From Octopus vulgaris (taxonomy: Eukaryota), in the NCBI GenBank assembly GCA_951406725.2, contig OX597816.1, positions 95,418,001 to 95,482,000 on the forward strand: DNA of 64,000 nucleotides, given 5' to 3'. The position numbers were made by a program, and so were the translations under genes. Shown here piece after piece: positions 1-11,600 of this stretch. Within the stretch, counting starts at the first letter, position 1. Each line of letters opens with the position of its first letter. Below the pieces are notes generated by a model. That model saw only the letters and a program-made list of their open reading frames with translations, was not told the origin of the DNA and ran no database searches.

Positions 1-299
1 ACTGGTGATCGAAAAGGATTTTAATAACTCAAACTGTGAACTCTATAGATTTGGTGCTATCTAAATTATTTTATAAATTTTCGCTGTCTATTTTCCTTGC
101 TTACAACCTTGCGTAGGGGTTAATAATATAAGTGGTTCATAGACCATTTAGGGTCTATTTCTAGCAGACTGGCGTTGTAATTATTTAACACCCTGATTAT
201 AATTTTAATATAAATTAACCATTATGGTATTTTTAATAAGATGGCCACGGATAAATCATTAAATAATGATTTTGCCCTAATTACGTATATATATATATA

Positions 300-682
300 C
301 TAGCAGTATCGCCCGGCGTTGCTCAGGTTTGTAAGGAAAATAACTATAAAGCATTTTTAGAGAGTTATAGCCCAAAAATAGCCAAAAAATGGGAAAAAAA
401 TGATGGTAAATTTTTTTTGGAGAGTTAAAAAAGGTGGAGTTGCGTCCCCTAGACGGTCTGTGGTTTGGGTTTCTGATTCTCGACCCCATGTCGAATTTAT
501 CGATTTTTTTCAGAACTGGGGGAACTTTTCAAAATTTTCGCTGCGTTAGTTTTGAATTATGACATTGGGCTATGTGTGTGTCAAGTTTCATCAGAATCGG
601 TTGAAAGCCGTGGTCAGAGTGAGGGTACGAGAAAACAGACACACAGAAAACGCACAGACAAACTGCCGTTTATATAGAGAGA
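300..682 (-). mobile_element. Non-autonomous Helitron (383 bp)
   Basis: On the minus strand it starts 5'-TC (tctctctatataaacggcagtttgtctg) and ends ...agcaacgccgggcgatactgCTAG with a GC-rich subterminal hairpin. It is inserted in a (TA)n tract. The 5' ~180 bp and the 3' end match the termini of the Helitron at 39430-41686. Confidence 0.85.
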
Positions 683-796
683 TATATATATATATTTCGT
701 TTTGGGATTTGGTTTGCAAGATTCTTTATATGAGTTCGTGTGTTGAAGCATATTCTGTTGTGTCTGGGGAGAGTCATTCTCTCTTAGTGCCTTATT

Positions 797-977
797 ATTT
801 AACACACTCACTGGTAAAAGTTCCACTTATTTCTTATTTTTATTTTCTAAAATTTTCGTTGCGTGTTGCAACCTTTTAAATAGTCAAGACAAACTATTGA
901 AAAGGTTGCAACACGCAACGAAAATTTTAGAAAAAAAAAAGAAAGAAGTTGAACTTTTACCGGTGAGTGTGTTAAAT
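797..977. repeat. Fold-back inverted repeat (arms ~797-884 and ~893-977, 8-nt spacer), probably Penelope-derived
   Basis: atttaacacactcactggtaaaag...gttgcaaccttttaaatagt is the reverse complement of actattgaaaaggttgcaac...cttttaccggtgagtgtgttaaat, with few mismatches. Outer inverted matches occur at ~750-795/1161-1203 and ~101-223/975-1098. Confidence 0.85.
894..930 (+). ncRNA. Atypical minimal hammerhead-like motif (U3:A8 core variant)
   Basis: cta-TTGAAAA-g-GTTGC-aacac-GCAAC-GAAA-A-TTT-tag: helix II of 5 bp, palindromic AATT helix III, helix I of only 3 bp. Confidence 0.4.
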
Positions 978-1197
978 GGTTAATTTATATTAAAATTATA
1001 ATAAGGGTGTTGAATGAGTACAACACCAATCTGCTAGAAATAGACCACAAATGGTCTATGAAACACTTAGATTATTACTCCGTTACACAAGGTTGTAAAC
1101 GCGGTAGCACATGGCTGAAATAGGCGCTGGGATTTTAATTCGTGAATACGTGGGAAAAAGAGGCACTAAAAGAGAATGACTTTCCTCAGACACAACA

Positions 1198-1254
<57 letters not shown>

Positions 1255-1289
1255 GTATGTATATATATATGTATATATATATATATGTA

Positions 1290-1328
<39 letters not shown>

Positions 1329-1365
1329 ACACACACACTCAAACACACACACACTTGTATATATA
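1198..1365. repeat. (TA)n/(CA)n compound microsatellite
   Basis: Seen directly. Dozens of similar tracts occur across the window (e.g. 5625-5750, 7097-7240, 14180-14357, 15733-15970, 26915-27000, 39000-39120, 62526-62640). Confidence 0.95.
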
Positions 1366-2237
1366 CACATCGCATACGCATGTACGTACAAGACATATAC
1401 ATATTTGTATTCTTCCATACATATTAGTAAACATATGGATGTCTTTGTATCAGTATATACATGGGTATGTGCCTCAATATATAACTAGGAAGATTAATGA
1501 CAGTTATACTGATAGATAGATAGAAAGACAGATAGATAAAAAGATAGATAGACAGTCAGGTACACCAATGCATATATAAACATACACACATGCACATATG
1601 CACGCACATAAATACACACAAACACACTTTTTGTAATGACGAAGAAAATTTTATCATATAAGATTTTCAATTGTTTGAAGGATAAAAGACTCTGACCACG
1701 GAACCGGATGCTGTTTTCCGTTACAAGTGAGTATTTTTATTAAAAGCGGAAACGCACCATTTCCATAAGAATGATAGCAATGCAATAAAACATATATAAT
1801 TCTTTGTAATTTCTTGTAGAAGACATTTACATTATTTTCTTGCGATTTGTCTTTCAGCTGTAAACTAATACAAAATTAGTTTCTCGTCAATTTGAATTTT
1901 GATTTCCATTATAGTTAATGAAGCAGATGAAGACGGAGAAAAAGAGCGAAAACGAAATAAAAGAAAGTTAATTCGATTATTTATATCATTCTTTCAACTC
2001 TTCAGAGCATAGTGTGCGAATGGAATTGCTATTAAAGTTCGTTAAAGGCAATGTATGAAGTTTGAGAGAGACTTATTGACGGGAACTTATCAAGTTTGAA
2101 TCACGCAGGACTATTGTTCCGTGTTGAAGAAATTCATAACAGCAGATGTAGACAATGACGTGAAATAAAGAGGTAGGATTATCTGACAGCATTCACATTT
2201 ATAAGATTTTGGTATTTGATTATCAACTTGTAGACGC

Positions 2238-2272
<35 letters not shown>

Positions 2273-2752
2273 AAAGCCAACCCCACCCCTACACATTCCT
2301 ACCCCACCTACCTTATCCTTCCCTATCCTTTCCTAACCCTCTCATCCCACTCCATATCATCCCTTACACCCTCAGCCTAAGCCATACCCCGCCCGTGCTT
2401 TCGCCATCTCGCCTCCGCCACCCCCAACACCATTACACCACACTACACCATACCACACAGCACATCTCATCACAACACACCACCACGCACACACCAGCAC
2501 TCACCAATTTCCATCCCCACATTTTCACACCTACAGATACATACACGCACACGTCAAGACCACCAGCCCTCTTTCACACGCACATACGTACTCTCTTATA
2601 CACACGCGCACCTTCGTTTTGGAATCACTACTACTTTGTTATCTCCCCTACTTCTTAGCTCTTCTGCGTGACCCTTCTGTTCGGTATTCACCATGATAGA
2701 TCGGTAGCCACTACACACTACACATTTTTTTCTCTCCTTGTTTCTTTCTGTG

Positions 2753-2793
2753 TTCCTTTCTGTGGAAGAGCGTAGGCTCGAAACGTTAAGGAC
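2753..2793 (+). ncRNA. Minimal type I hammerhead-like motif in a PLE terminal-repeat-like segment (A6 substituted)
   Basis: tcctt-t-CTGTGGA-a-GAGC-gtag-GCTC-GAAAC-GTT-aagga: helix I tcctt/aagga, helix II GAGC/GCTC, palindromic AACGTT helix III. The core reads CUGUGGA instead of CUGANGA. Confidence 0.55.
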
Positions 2794-3112
2794 TTTTTTC
2801 AATTCCCGAGCGTTATACTAATACATCTGTTTGTTTTCTACATCACCTGTCTTCGTCTTTTGTTTTTTCGTGGGTATATATGGAAAGGTGGTGGGTATGC
2901 TTGAGTCTAACATACATATCTGTGTCTGTTAGTCTGTTACCATCTCCCTATTATCTTTCTCCCTTCCTCTATGTTATCATGTTATTGATGTGTACCATTC
3001 TCATTTTCCATATTTTCCCCCAGTTTGTCACTGATGACAGAATATCCCATATTCGTGGATCTCCCAGAAACAGCTGTAGGATTGGAGTCCAAATGGGCAA
3101 AATAGTACAAAA

Positions 3113-3390
3113 TACGTGGGAGCAACTGTGGGCCCCTTCAGAAGCCGATATAACAATCGCAAGTCCTCCTTCGACATCCCGGAGAGACGTAACACCACAA
3201 ACCTGAAAAAGCGTCACTGAGTACAGCATAAAGTGGAAGATACTAAATAAATGTAAAGCGTATTTCAATAGCAGCAGCACGTGCAAATAATGCCTGGCTG
3301 AGAAAAGAGCGATTTTAAAGAGCTCCAATTACCAAGGCATTTACCTGAATAGCAGAAATGAAATTTTTAATCGTTGCTCACATGAAGTAC
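3113..3390 (+). pseudogene. Penelope-like element (Neptune-type) GIY-YIG endonuclease C-terminal fragment, disrupted
   Basis: Manual translation: YVGATVGPFRSRYNNRKSSF...TTNL, then after a gap IKWKILNKCKAYFNSSSTCK*CLAEKRAIL...YLNSRNEIFNRCSH. This matches the YIGxT..FKxR..NHKxSF and IKWxIL...CxLCxxEK...LNxRxE...CxH motifs of PLE endonucleases. Confidence 0.75.
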
Positions 3391-4591
3391 ATCCTATCAT
3401 ACTTGCGTGCCTCCAAATTCGGCCTTCCACCAATACTTGAGAGTCCGGCAAAGAGTTTGAGCAGAAAATACATTGACACACCCACAAACAAACACATACG
3501 CTCCACCACGGCTGACAGCCACCTAATAGACTTCCCCACCAATATAAGCTTCCACACACTGTACTCCTAAAGTCACTGCATGTTTAAATAAATGCTCGGC
3601 GAATTTAAGCAAAGCATAAAAGAAAGGAAACACCTTAACGAACACATATGTATATACCTCTACCATTGCAAAGGCTATGTGTACTGTACCATTATACACA
3701 CTCCATTCCCACAAAAATACCAACCTTAAAAACGTACAGATTTCCCACAAGCTCTTTTCCAGAAAACTTATGCCGACTTGTAACATTTTATTTCAATTAA
3801 TTTTTAAAATAATGAAGAATTTACTAAAATAACTACGTCATTACTGAATAGGATTTTGGAACAAAATAACATAAAATTGCGATGAATTCAGATAACTTAG
3901 AAACAAGGAAATTCATGTCGTAGAACAAAGAACAATCTGCATTGCATTTTTTCTTCCTTTATTTTGTTGTAGGCAAAGAACATTCCTTGATGCGTGTCCT
4001 ACGCCATTTAAGATAGCGGTAGCATTGAGTTGGAGAGACTTTCCACTAGATTTCTAATCTCAGTAAACTTTAACATGTTTCTTGTACTTACAAGTGACAG
4101 GACGTCAGATCAAATAATATGGAATATGCATTCATATTACCGACTTCGGTCTGCTGTCAGATGTATCCTCTTCGAGTATCTAAGTTCAGATTATGGGACC
4201 AAAAGCTTAATTCAAGTTCACTGCAACAGCAGCCTTTAGCTCTACTTAAAGGCAAACTCTTAAGTGAGGTCCAACGAGTCAAATTGTTTGGGAAAGTTTA
4301 AAATATATATTTTTTTAACGTAATATAATAGCACATTTCAGGAAACACTATCAAAAATATTTTCACTTTTCTCTTTACTTAGTTTTTAAAAACTGAATTA
4401 ATTATTTGTATGATAGTACAGTACTCACTAAATTTTGTGATGATATTTTACTCGTTCTCACTTTCTTCGGCTGTATTCGGTTATTTTTTCTGATCTACGT
4501 AAATAAACAATAATACGTATATCAGCTCAAATATTCGAAAATATAATGATTTTCATTTCTTAAGCATTGTAATGACTCGTGTAGAACAAGA

Positions 4592-4670
4592 GGTGTGTGT
4601 GTTCCCGGCGTGTAATGCGTCATCTGATGTGTGCCTATATATGTCTCTATGTCTAAATGTATGCATTTTG

Positions 4671-4723
<53 letters not shown>

Positions 4724-5365
4724 CGCGCGTGTGTATGTGCGTGCGGGTGATTCGGTTCCAATTCTTGATTGATACTATTTATTTCAATCTTCACACTATT
4801 AACATTGTGAAAGACATCATCGCGAAAGTACCTTATCTACCAATTTCTAAACTTGTATAAGCATTAATTTTGTTTCGGCTCGACTTACCCTCTTGTTCCT
4901 CTTCTCCCGTTCCCGACGGAATTTCATTAAATTCAGCATACATTTATTTGTATCAAAAGATATGTCCTCAATCTTATTTCCCGTCTCATTCTTGCTTTAC
5001 AACATCGATTTCGTTACTCACCTAATTAAACGATGAGTCTTTTCAATGACGATAATTCATACGTTTCTCCACTTATACGATTAATGGTAAATTGATTTAT
5101 CGTTGTGACCTACATTTTATGGAAGTCTGCAAAAACAAGAGCAGAAAAGAAAGTCAGTTTAAACTAACATCTCTGGAATTAATTGATATTAATACAAACA
5201 TAGTGGAACAATGAAGGTAGCACTGAATGCTAATAGTCACAATCAGACACACACACGCACACACACGCATACACACACACACAGACAAACCCGCCAAAAT
5301 ACACATCGACACCGAGACATATATACACACATCAGATGAGACGTAACACGCAGGAATACACACAC
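4592..5365. repeat. Old inverted repeat pair (~4592-4745 and ~5245-5365)
   Basis: gtgtgtgttcccggcgtgtaatgcgtcatctgatgtgtg...attttggcg matches the reverse complement of cgccaaaatacac...cacacatcagatgagacgtaacacgcaggaatacacacac. The spurious ORFs 4572+ and 5154- give similar peptides for this reason. Confidence 0.7.
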
Positions 5366-5399
5366 GCTCACGCATACATGTAATACATGTATATATATA

Positions 5400-5623
5400 T
5401 ATTAGTATGTGTTTGTGTGTCTGTATTTGACCCCCCCCCCTCGACAACATCGCTTGACAACCGATGCTGGTGTGTTTACATCCCCGTAACTTAGCGGTTC
5501 ATCATAAGAGACCGATAGAATAAGTACTAGGCTTACAAAGAATAAATCCTGGGGTCGAGTTGATCGACTGAATGCAGTGCTCCAGCATGGCTGCTTCAAA
5601 TGACTGAAACAAGTAAAAGAATA
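5400..5623 (+). mobile_element. tRNA-derived SINE family A, 3' half
   Basis: Reverse complement of the 3' half of the copies at 20076-20480 and 50092-50498 (cgcttgacaaccgatgctggtgtgttta...tgactgaaacaagtaaaaga). Confidence 0.85.
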
Positions 5624-5637
5624 CATATATATATCTA

Positions 5638-5694
<57 letters not shown>

Positions 5695-6177
5695 TATACT
5701 TGCACAAATATATAGATACGCGCGCACACACATACACACACACACACACACATTCATTAACTTGGATAGTGAGATTTAAATAGAAATTGCATGATATATA
5801 GTCAGAATTTAAAATCCAATGTGCATCTTAGTATATCGAAAAAATAAAGTTAAAATACAACACGTGCATTATAGTCCAAGTTTCTTTTCATTGCTTTCTT
5901 TACTTAGAAAGATTACAGACTGAAATATAGAAACAAGACCAAAATATGAGTGTGGTCGTATATTATTTGATTATATCGTATATTATGGCCGAATTATGTA
6001 ATCCATGATAGGTAAGTTTTCGAAATCTCACTTCACCGGTGATTCGTAAGAAAACCTTGAAAACGTACCTGGCCTGTAATGCATAATTCGGGTATTAGAG
6101 TCATTGAAACAAGTGTAGGATCACGTAATTAATACATATGAAACGACTCCCCAGTTTTCACCTATATATATCTCATA

Positions 6178-6405
6178 TCTTTTATTCGTTTCAGTCATTA
6201 GACTCCAGCCATTCTGGGGTGCTGCCTTGATGGATTTTTTTTAGTAAAATGAATCAACTACAGTACTTTTTTAAAGCCTTGTACTTTTTCTATCGGTGTG
6301 TTAGATGGAACCTCTAAGTTTCAGGGACGTAAGCACTCCAACACCAGTTGTCCAGCGGAGGTGGTGACAGACATAGACACAAATACACACAGAGACACAC
6401 ACACA
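6178..6405 (-). mobile_element. SINE family A, degenerate 3' half
   Basis: ttttattcgtttcagtcattagactccagcc...ctaagtttcagggacgtaagcactccaacaccagttgtc aligns by eye to the family A 3' half. Confidence 0.65.
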
Positions 6406-6409
6406 CATA

Positions 6410-6430
6410 TCTCTCTATCTATCTATCTAC

Positions 6431-6523
<93 letters not shown>

Positions 6524-6570
6524 AATCTATCTATCTATCTATCTATCTATCGATCGATCGATCGATCTAT
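6410..6570. repeat. (ATCT)n microsatellite
   Basis: Seen directly. Confidence 0.95.
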
Positions 6571-6574
6571 ATTA

Positions 6575-6868
6575 CTCTTTTACTTGTTTCAGCTATTTTG
6601 ACTGCGGCCATGCTGCGCCTTTAATCGAACCAATCGACCCCAGGACTTATTTTTTATAAGCCTACTACTTCTCTCGGTTTCTCTTGTCGAACTGCTATGT
6701 TTCGGGGACGTAAAAAACCAGCATGGGTTGTCAAACAGGCTCTTTTCAAATCCGCTCACAAGGCTTTGGTCGGCTAGAGGCTATAGCAGAAGTTCCTTAC
6801 CTAATGTGCCACGTCGTGAGACTGAGCCCGAAACCATGTTGTTGGGAAGGAAGCTTCTTACCACACAC
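6575..6868 (-). mobile_element. SINE family A copy with the internal microsatellite region deleted
   Basis: Shares tacttgtttcag...actgcggccatgctg, atcgaccccaggacttat and gctttggtcggc...aaccatg...cttaccacac with the other copies. Confidence 0.8.
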
Positions 6869-7138
6869 ATTTAGCATCACTAAAATGTGACGAACGGTGC
6901 AGTCAACACTAGCATTACTAGAAATAAGAGTCAAACACTCTTTAGTCACAAAAGCACATTTTCTTTTTACTGGCAGCGGAGGCAACCTAGCCAACGAGAG
7001 AACTATGCCACTTTCGCAGCGGAGACAATCACTTTCGCATGAAGTTTAATGCTCATCAATAATGCTTACTCCATCGCGGGTGGTGAAGTTAAATTGTATA
7101 TATGTATATATGTATATGTATGTATATTTGCATATATA

Positions 7139-7208
<70 letters not shown>

Positions 7209-8530
7209 CATACACATACATACACACACACACACACATAATCGTTGTGTTATTCTACGATTTAAACACATTGAAACAGTAAACGTACTTAAAGAACATT
7301 CATTTGTATATATAACAGAACGTGACAGAGAACAAAAATAGGAAATGGCAAAGCGACTCAGATGAGTCAAAGTTGTGCCTGTGGAAGAAATAATAACACT
7401 AGTCACAGAGATTGTAATAGACCTTTCGTTGGGTTAATGTAATGAAATCGCTGCTGTGTCAATAGATCAAATGACGTGGACTAGAATTTATAACTTCCAT
7501 TGACTCTCATGAAATATTACTTGATTAACATGGTAAAACTTTCAATAAATTGCAGAATAGTCGATGAGATTTAAAAATATAAAGTAAAGTGGTTTCTCGT
7601 AATGTGTGACTCGTAAACATACAGTGCCGTACAAATGCACTCAGTGGACACGTATAGCTAGCTACATTCTCATTTACACACTTATACTCACACATAAAAC
7701 AGATTCACGTGACAAATTGCTGCAAACATGAAATAAATATAAAGCAATTTACTGATTTTCGAACACATTTTCTCGTAAACTTTTCTTCCTTAGGCAAGCA
7801 GAAGTTGTTAGGTAGTTTAATATATGAAATATAATCACTATATTATTGACTATTATAACACTTTCAGTCACTAAATTATCACTGCATGTTTAATTTTTAT
7901 ACAGACATATCTTCGCCAATTTTTCAGATTTTAAGTTATCAAAGAAACCAACAAATTAAGGTAAGCTGGTAAATAGTCACAGAAGTCCCTACATATGTTA
8001 GGTAATGAGAAATGGTAGATAAAACCCATAAATACGAAGGTTGGGAAAATCAAAAGATTAACTTTCTCAATCTAAATTGTCTTTTTGTTGGAAGAAAAGG
8101 AGAAAAATGTGTAGTGCAAAATAGTAAACACAGACAATGCAAATTAAAGAAATCGAGTGAATTACGCGAGGCTATCGCTGTTTAGCTTATAACAGTGATA
8201 CACATTGTGGAATAGCTGTGTGAAGAGGAATAATTTGAAATTTATATCTTCGTTATTGGTCTACAATTATCAAGATGCAAACCGATAATAAATGATATTA
8301 GCTTGTTAATGAATGGTCGTATTTAAATCAAAGTAGCTACACTAACATGCTATTAATTTACTATTTGCAGATTCTAGATAAGACCTGTTAAGTGGATTAG
8401 TGTTTACAGTAGAATATAATTTATATTCTCGGCAACTCGGTTCCATAATCAAGATTCAGCTTTCGGTGGACATTATTTAAATTGTTTAAAATATGTTACG
8501 AGGCTAATATATCATCATTCTCATATATAT

Positions 8531-8670
8531 CTTTTCTACTCAAGGCACAAAGACCGATATTTTTTGGGGAGGGGGCAGTCGACTAGATCGACCTCAATAA
8601 GCAACTGGTACTTAATTTATCGACCCCGAAAGGATGAAAGGCAAAGTCAACCTCGGCGGAATTTGAACTC
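8531..8670 (-). mobile_element. SINE family B (Nin/Deu-domain-like) fragment
   Basis: Minus strand reads gagttcaaattccgccgaggttgactttgcctttcatcctttcggggtcgataaattaagtaccagttg: a B-box followed by a Nin-like central domain. Same family as 55228-55652. Confidence 0.8.
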
Positions 8671-11600
8671 ATTATTCTCATATATATCACACATACAAAG
8701 TATGCAAATTTATTTGCAGTTCCTATTCTTGGTACCCCTTGTATTACAGCGTCAGAAAAGTATATTTAGAAATAAATTTAGATGTCACAGAGCCAATAAG
8801 GATCAAAAGCCACACACAAGCTTCACACACACACACACTACCAGCTGAAGCGACTTGCAGCCTTACACTTAATTTCACGTTCAAGAATATTATTTAAGCC
8901 AAACTAGTACTAATCTCCATATAGTTTACTGAAATTGCATAAAACTAAAAATTTTCACTTTAATTCCGTTTTATCTAAGCACGTAGTTTGCAAATGTAGG
9001 ACGGAAGCTGCAAGCTCATCAAAGTATATATAACTCCTCCGAAAAGTGATTTTAAGTAGCATGTTCTCTAATTCTAAATTTTATTTCTGGAGCGATACCA
9101 AATGGCTTCGAATTTACATTTGCGTATTGGAAAATATAAACATACCATAGAATTCTCTAGGCAAATATATTTTGTGGAGACGAAAAGAAACGTATTATAG
9201 AAAATAGCACCTTACAAATAATTTACTTTTCGACAGACATTCGGAAGAATGCTTTCTCACTTCGACATTTTTATGTGATACAAATCCTTTCTTCTCTTCT
9301 ACCCGAAAGATGAAGCAGATTCTCATATTTTGTTTTAAGTATGTTGGCACCATATGTTGAATTCTCAGGCATCTGTGTTCTACTCTTTAATGTAAAAAGT
9401 TAACCTTAATGATACTTTGATTTATCCCCGATTAACTTCTCCCACTTTCAGCATTCATTATATACTCTACTGCCTTTATCAACACATCTTTTCGTAATAT
9501 GCCTGATGAGAAATTATATATAGATGTACATATGTTATATTTGGCATTTGTTCAATGAATGCTAACATAATTAAGATTGATATTCAGTCTGATACTTATT
9601 CCTTGGAGACGTTTGATAAAACCTGACCTATGTATACAAACCATCAGTATATTCGCTAATGTCTATTTACGTTCCAATTTGCGATAAATGGAGTAGGGGT
9701 TTGAAAATATAGTTGTTTGAAACAAGCCTTTTTGATGTTTGCTTTGTATTTGAAGTTGTATATACCTTTTTGTGAAGCATTGCTATAAGCTACAAAGAAC
9801 TACCTATTAGATTATTAGTCTTTGCAGATAGTGTTGAGAATATATGAGGATATGTTATGAATGTCTATGTTTTATATAGTTATGTATTTGTATCAATATG
9901 TGTATAAGTATGTACATATGTATTTATGTATGTTTATGTTTGTATGTTTGTAAGTGTTTGTGTGGGGTGTGTGTACGTATGTGTGCGTGTGGGTGAGCGT
10001 GTATGTATGCGTGCATGTGCGTGTGCGAAGTTACGCTAAAAGAAATGTAAATGCGAGCATAACATATTTATTAACTGAGAGAGGTCTTTTAAATCGCACA
10101 TAATGGCCGACTAGCTCAGCCACTCTGTAAATGTACTCCTGAACTTCATCTCAAGCGATGCTTTTCCACCATCTCTGGACCCAATTCTCGAATCATCTTT
10201 CAGAAATTCAGATGCGTTTTTGGACGCACAAGTTTACACATACACCACATCTCTCCCATCAAATCAGACCTCTAAATCTATTACGCCGATGTGGATTGTT
10301 TCAAGATTCTTATTAAGGTTCGTCCCCACCCTCAATGATTTTTCCAAGCATTTACGGTGTCTCAAATGTCCTTTCGCTGCTCATGGAACAAATACATTCC
10401 AGAAAATCAGAGAGAACGACGTTCTTGTCATCCCCCAAACCAATCACCACCTCTGTGCATTCGCTACAGCTAGAAATATTAGGCATTGGAGAAATTTTGT
10501 AGAAATCTTTAGGCATTGGAGAAATGGTGTGACACTATTTTAAGGACTGATCCTTTTTTTCCGGATCCAAAAAATACGCCCACATTTCAATTTTACCAAA
10601 AGATCAGGAAACCAAACATGACTTCATTGGATTCAAAAGCCTAGAGCAAATACAGAAAACCTCTCTTCAGTAAATATCTCTCTTACAGTAAATTTCTCCT
10701 CTTCTTTGTTGCAAATTTGGTGTCGAGTGTAGAGATGCTATTTTAAATATATTTTCCGACACTCAAAATCTTCCTCCGGCTTCCTCGTGATGACATCCAA
10801 GTTTTTCCAGAAGATTGTATGAGATCATTCATTTGCTAGCAAGTCGTGCCAGTGGTTGCAGGTAATGCCCACCACACCTATTACGCAGTTTCAAAACTGG
10901 TTTCCCTTATTTTAAACGCTTCATCTATTTCTGTGCACTGTTTTTATCAGTGGTATAATCTTCGTAAACAACCTGCTGTTGCCTGCTATCGATGTCAACA
11001 CAGTTTGCTCCCTTCCTTTGGCATTCTCTCTTCCACATTCTTCTGCTTAACCCCACTCCTTTCTTTTTCTGTTTCTCTGTTTTATTGTGACTCAATTAAA
11101 AATTAAATTACTTGTAACATAGAAAATAAGAAGTGTTATTCTAGAGAAAGAGTTACTCTATCAACATATGCAAATTTAACAATGTATTTTGGGTAATGCG
11201 TTTACATTCTCTCCTTAGACTCAACCCTGGTATGTGCGTACATGTGTGTACATACATGCACATATACATGCAAATACATATATATATATAGATACATACA
11301 TATATGCATACTTACGTACACACATTATGTACGTGTAAAGATGTTATGGCGTAAGCATTATGCTTGCAACAAGAAAAGCCGTTTACTGAACGAGTGTCAC
11401 TACATAAGTTGCAAGCCGAATTTCAGCCCTCTAGCGGAAACATAATTGAGAGTAACGATGAGTGAAGTTTCAACTTACAGTATAAATGCATGTATATATG
11501 CATATATGTAGATAAATCTGAATATAAATATATGTGTGTGTGTGCGTGCGTGCGCGCTCATATACATATATAGGTGTGTGTGTACACACACATACACATA

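Noticed and set aside
1142-1519. Many ORFs rich in YI, VC, HT, LS or ER dipeptides (also ~7046-7406, 15726-16004, 44863-45251, 52065-52331, 62374-62677)
   Set aside because: They are translations of (TA)n, (CA)n, (GA)n and (ATCT)n microsatellites, not genes.
2880-3570. ORFs 2880+, 2969-, 3341- and 3358+ as protein genes
   Set aside because: The recognisable PLE endonuclease motifs are in other, interrupted frames, so these ORFs are incidental.
9503-9540. CTGATGAG hammerhead-like core
   Set aside because: No helix II closed by a properly placed GAAA, and no helix I or III.
10080-10840. GC-richer block with a ~29-bp tandem duplication at 10471-10530
   Set aside because: Probably a decayed LINE, but I could not read a convincing motif. 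Two repeat units do not make an array.
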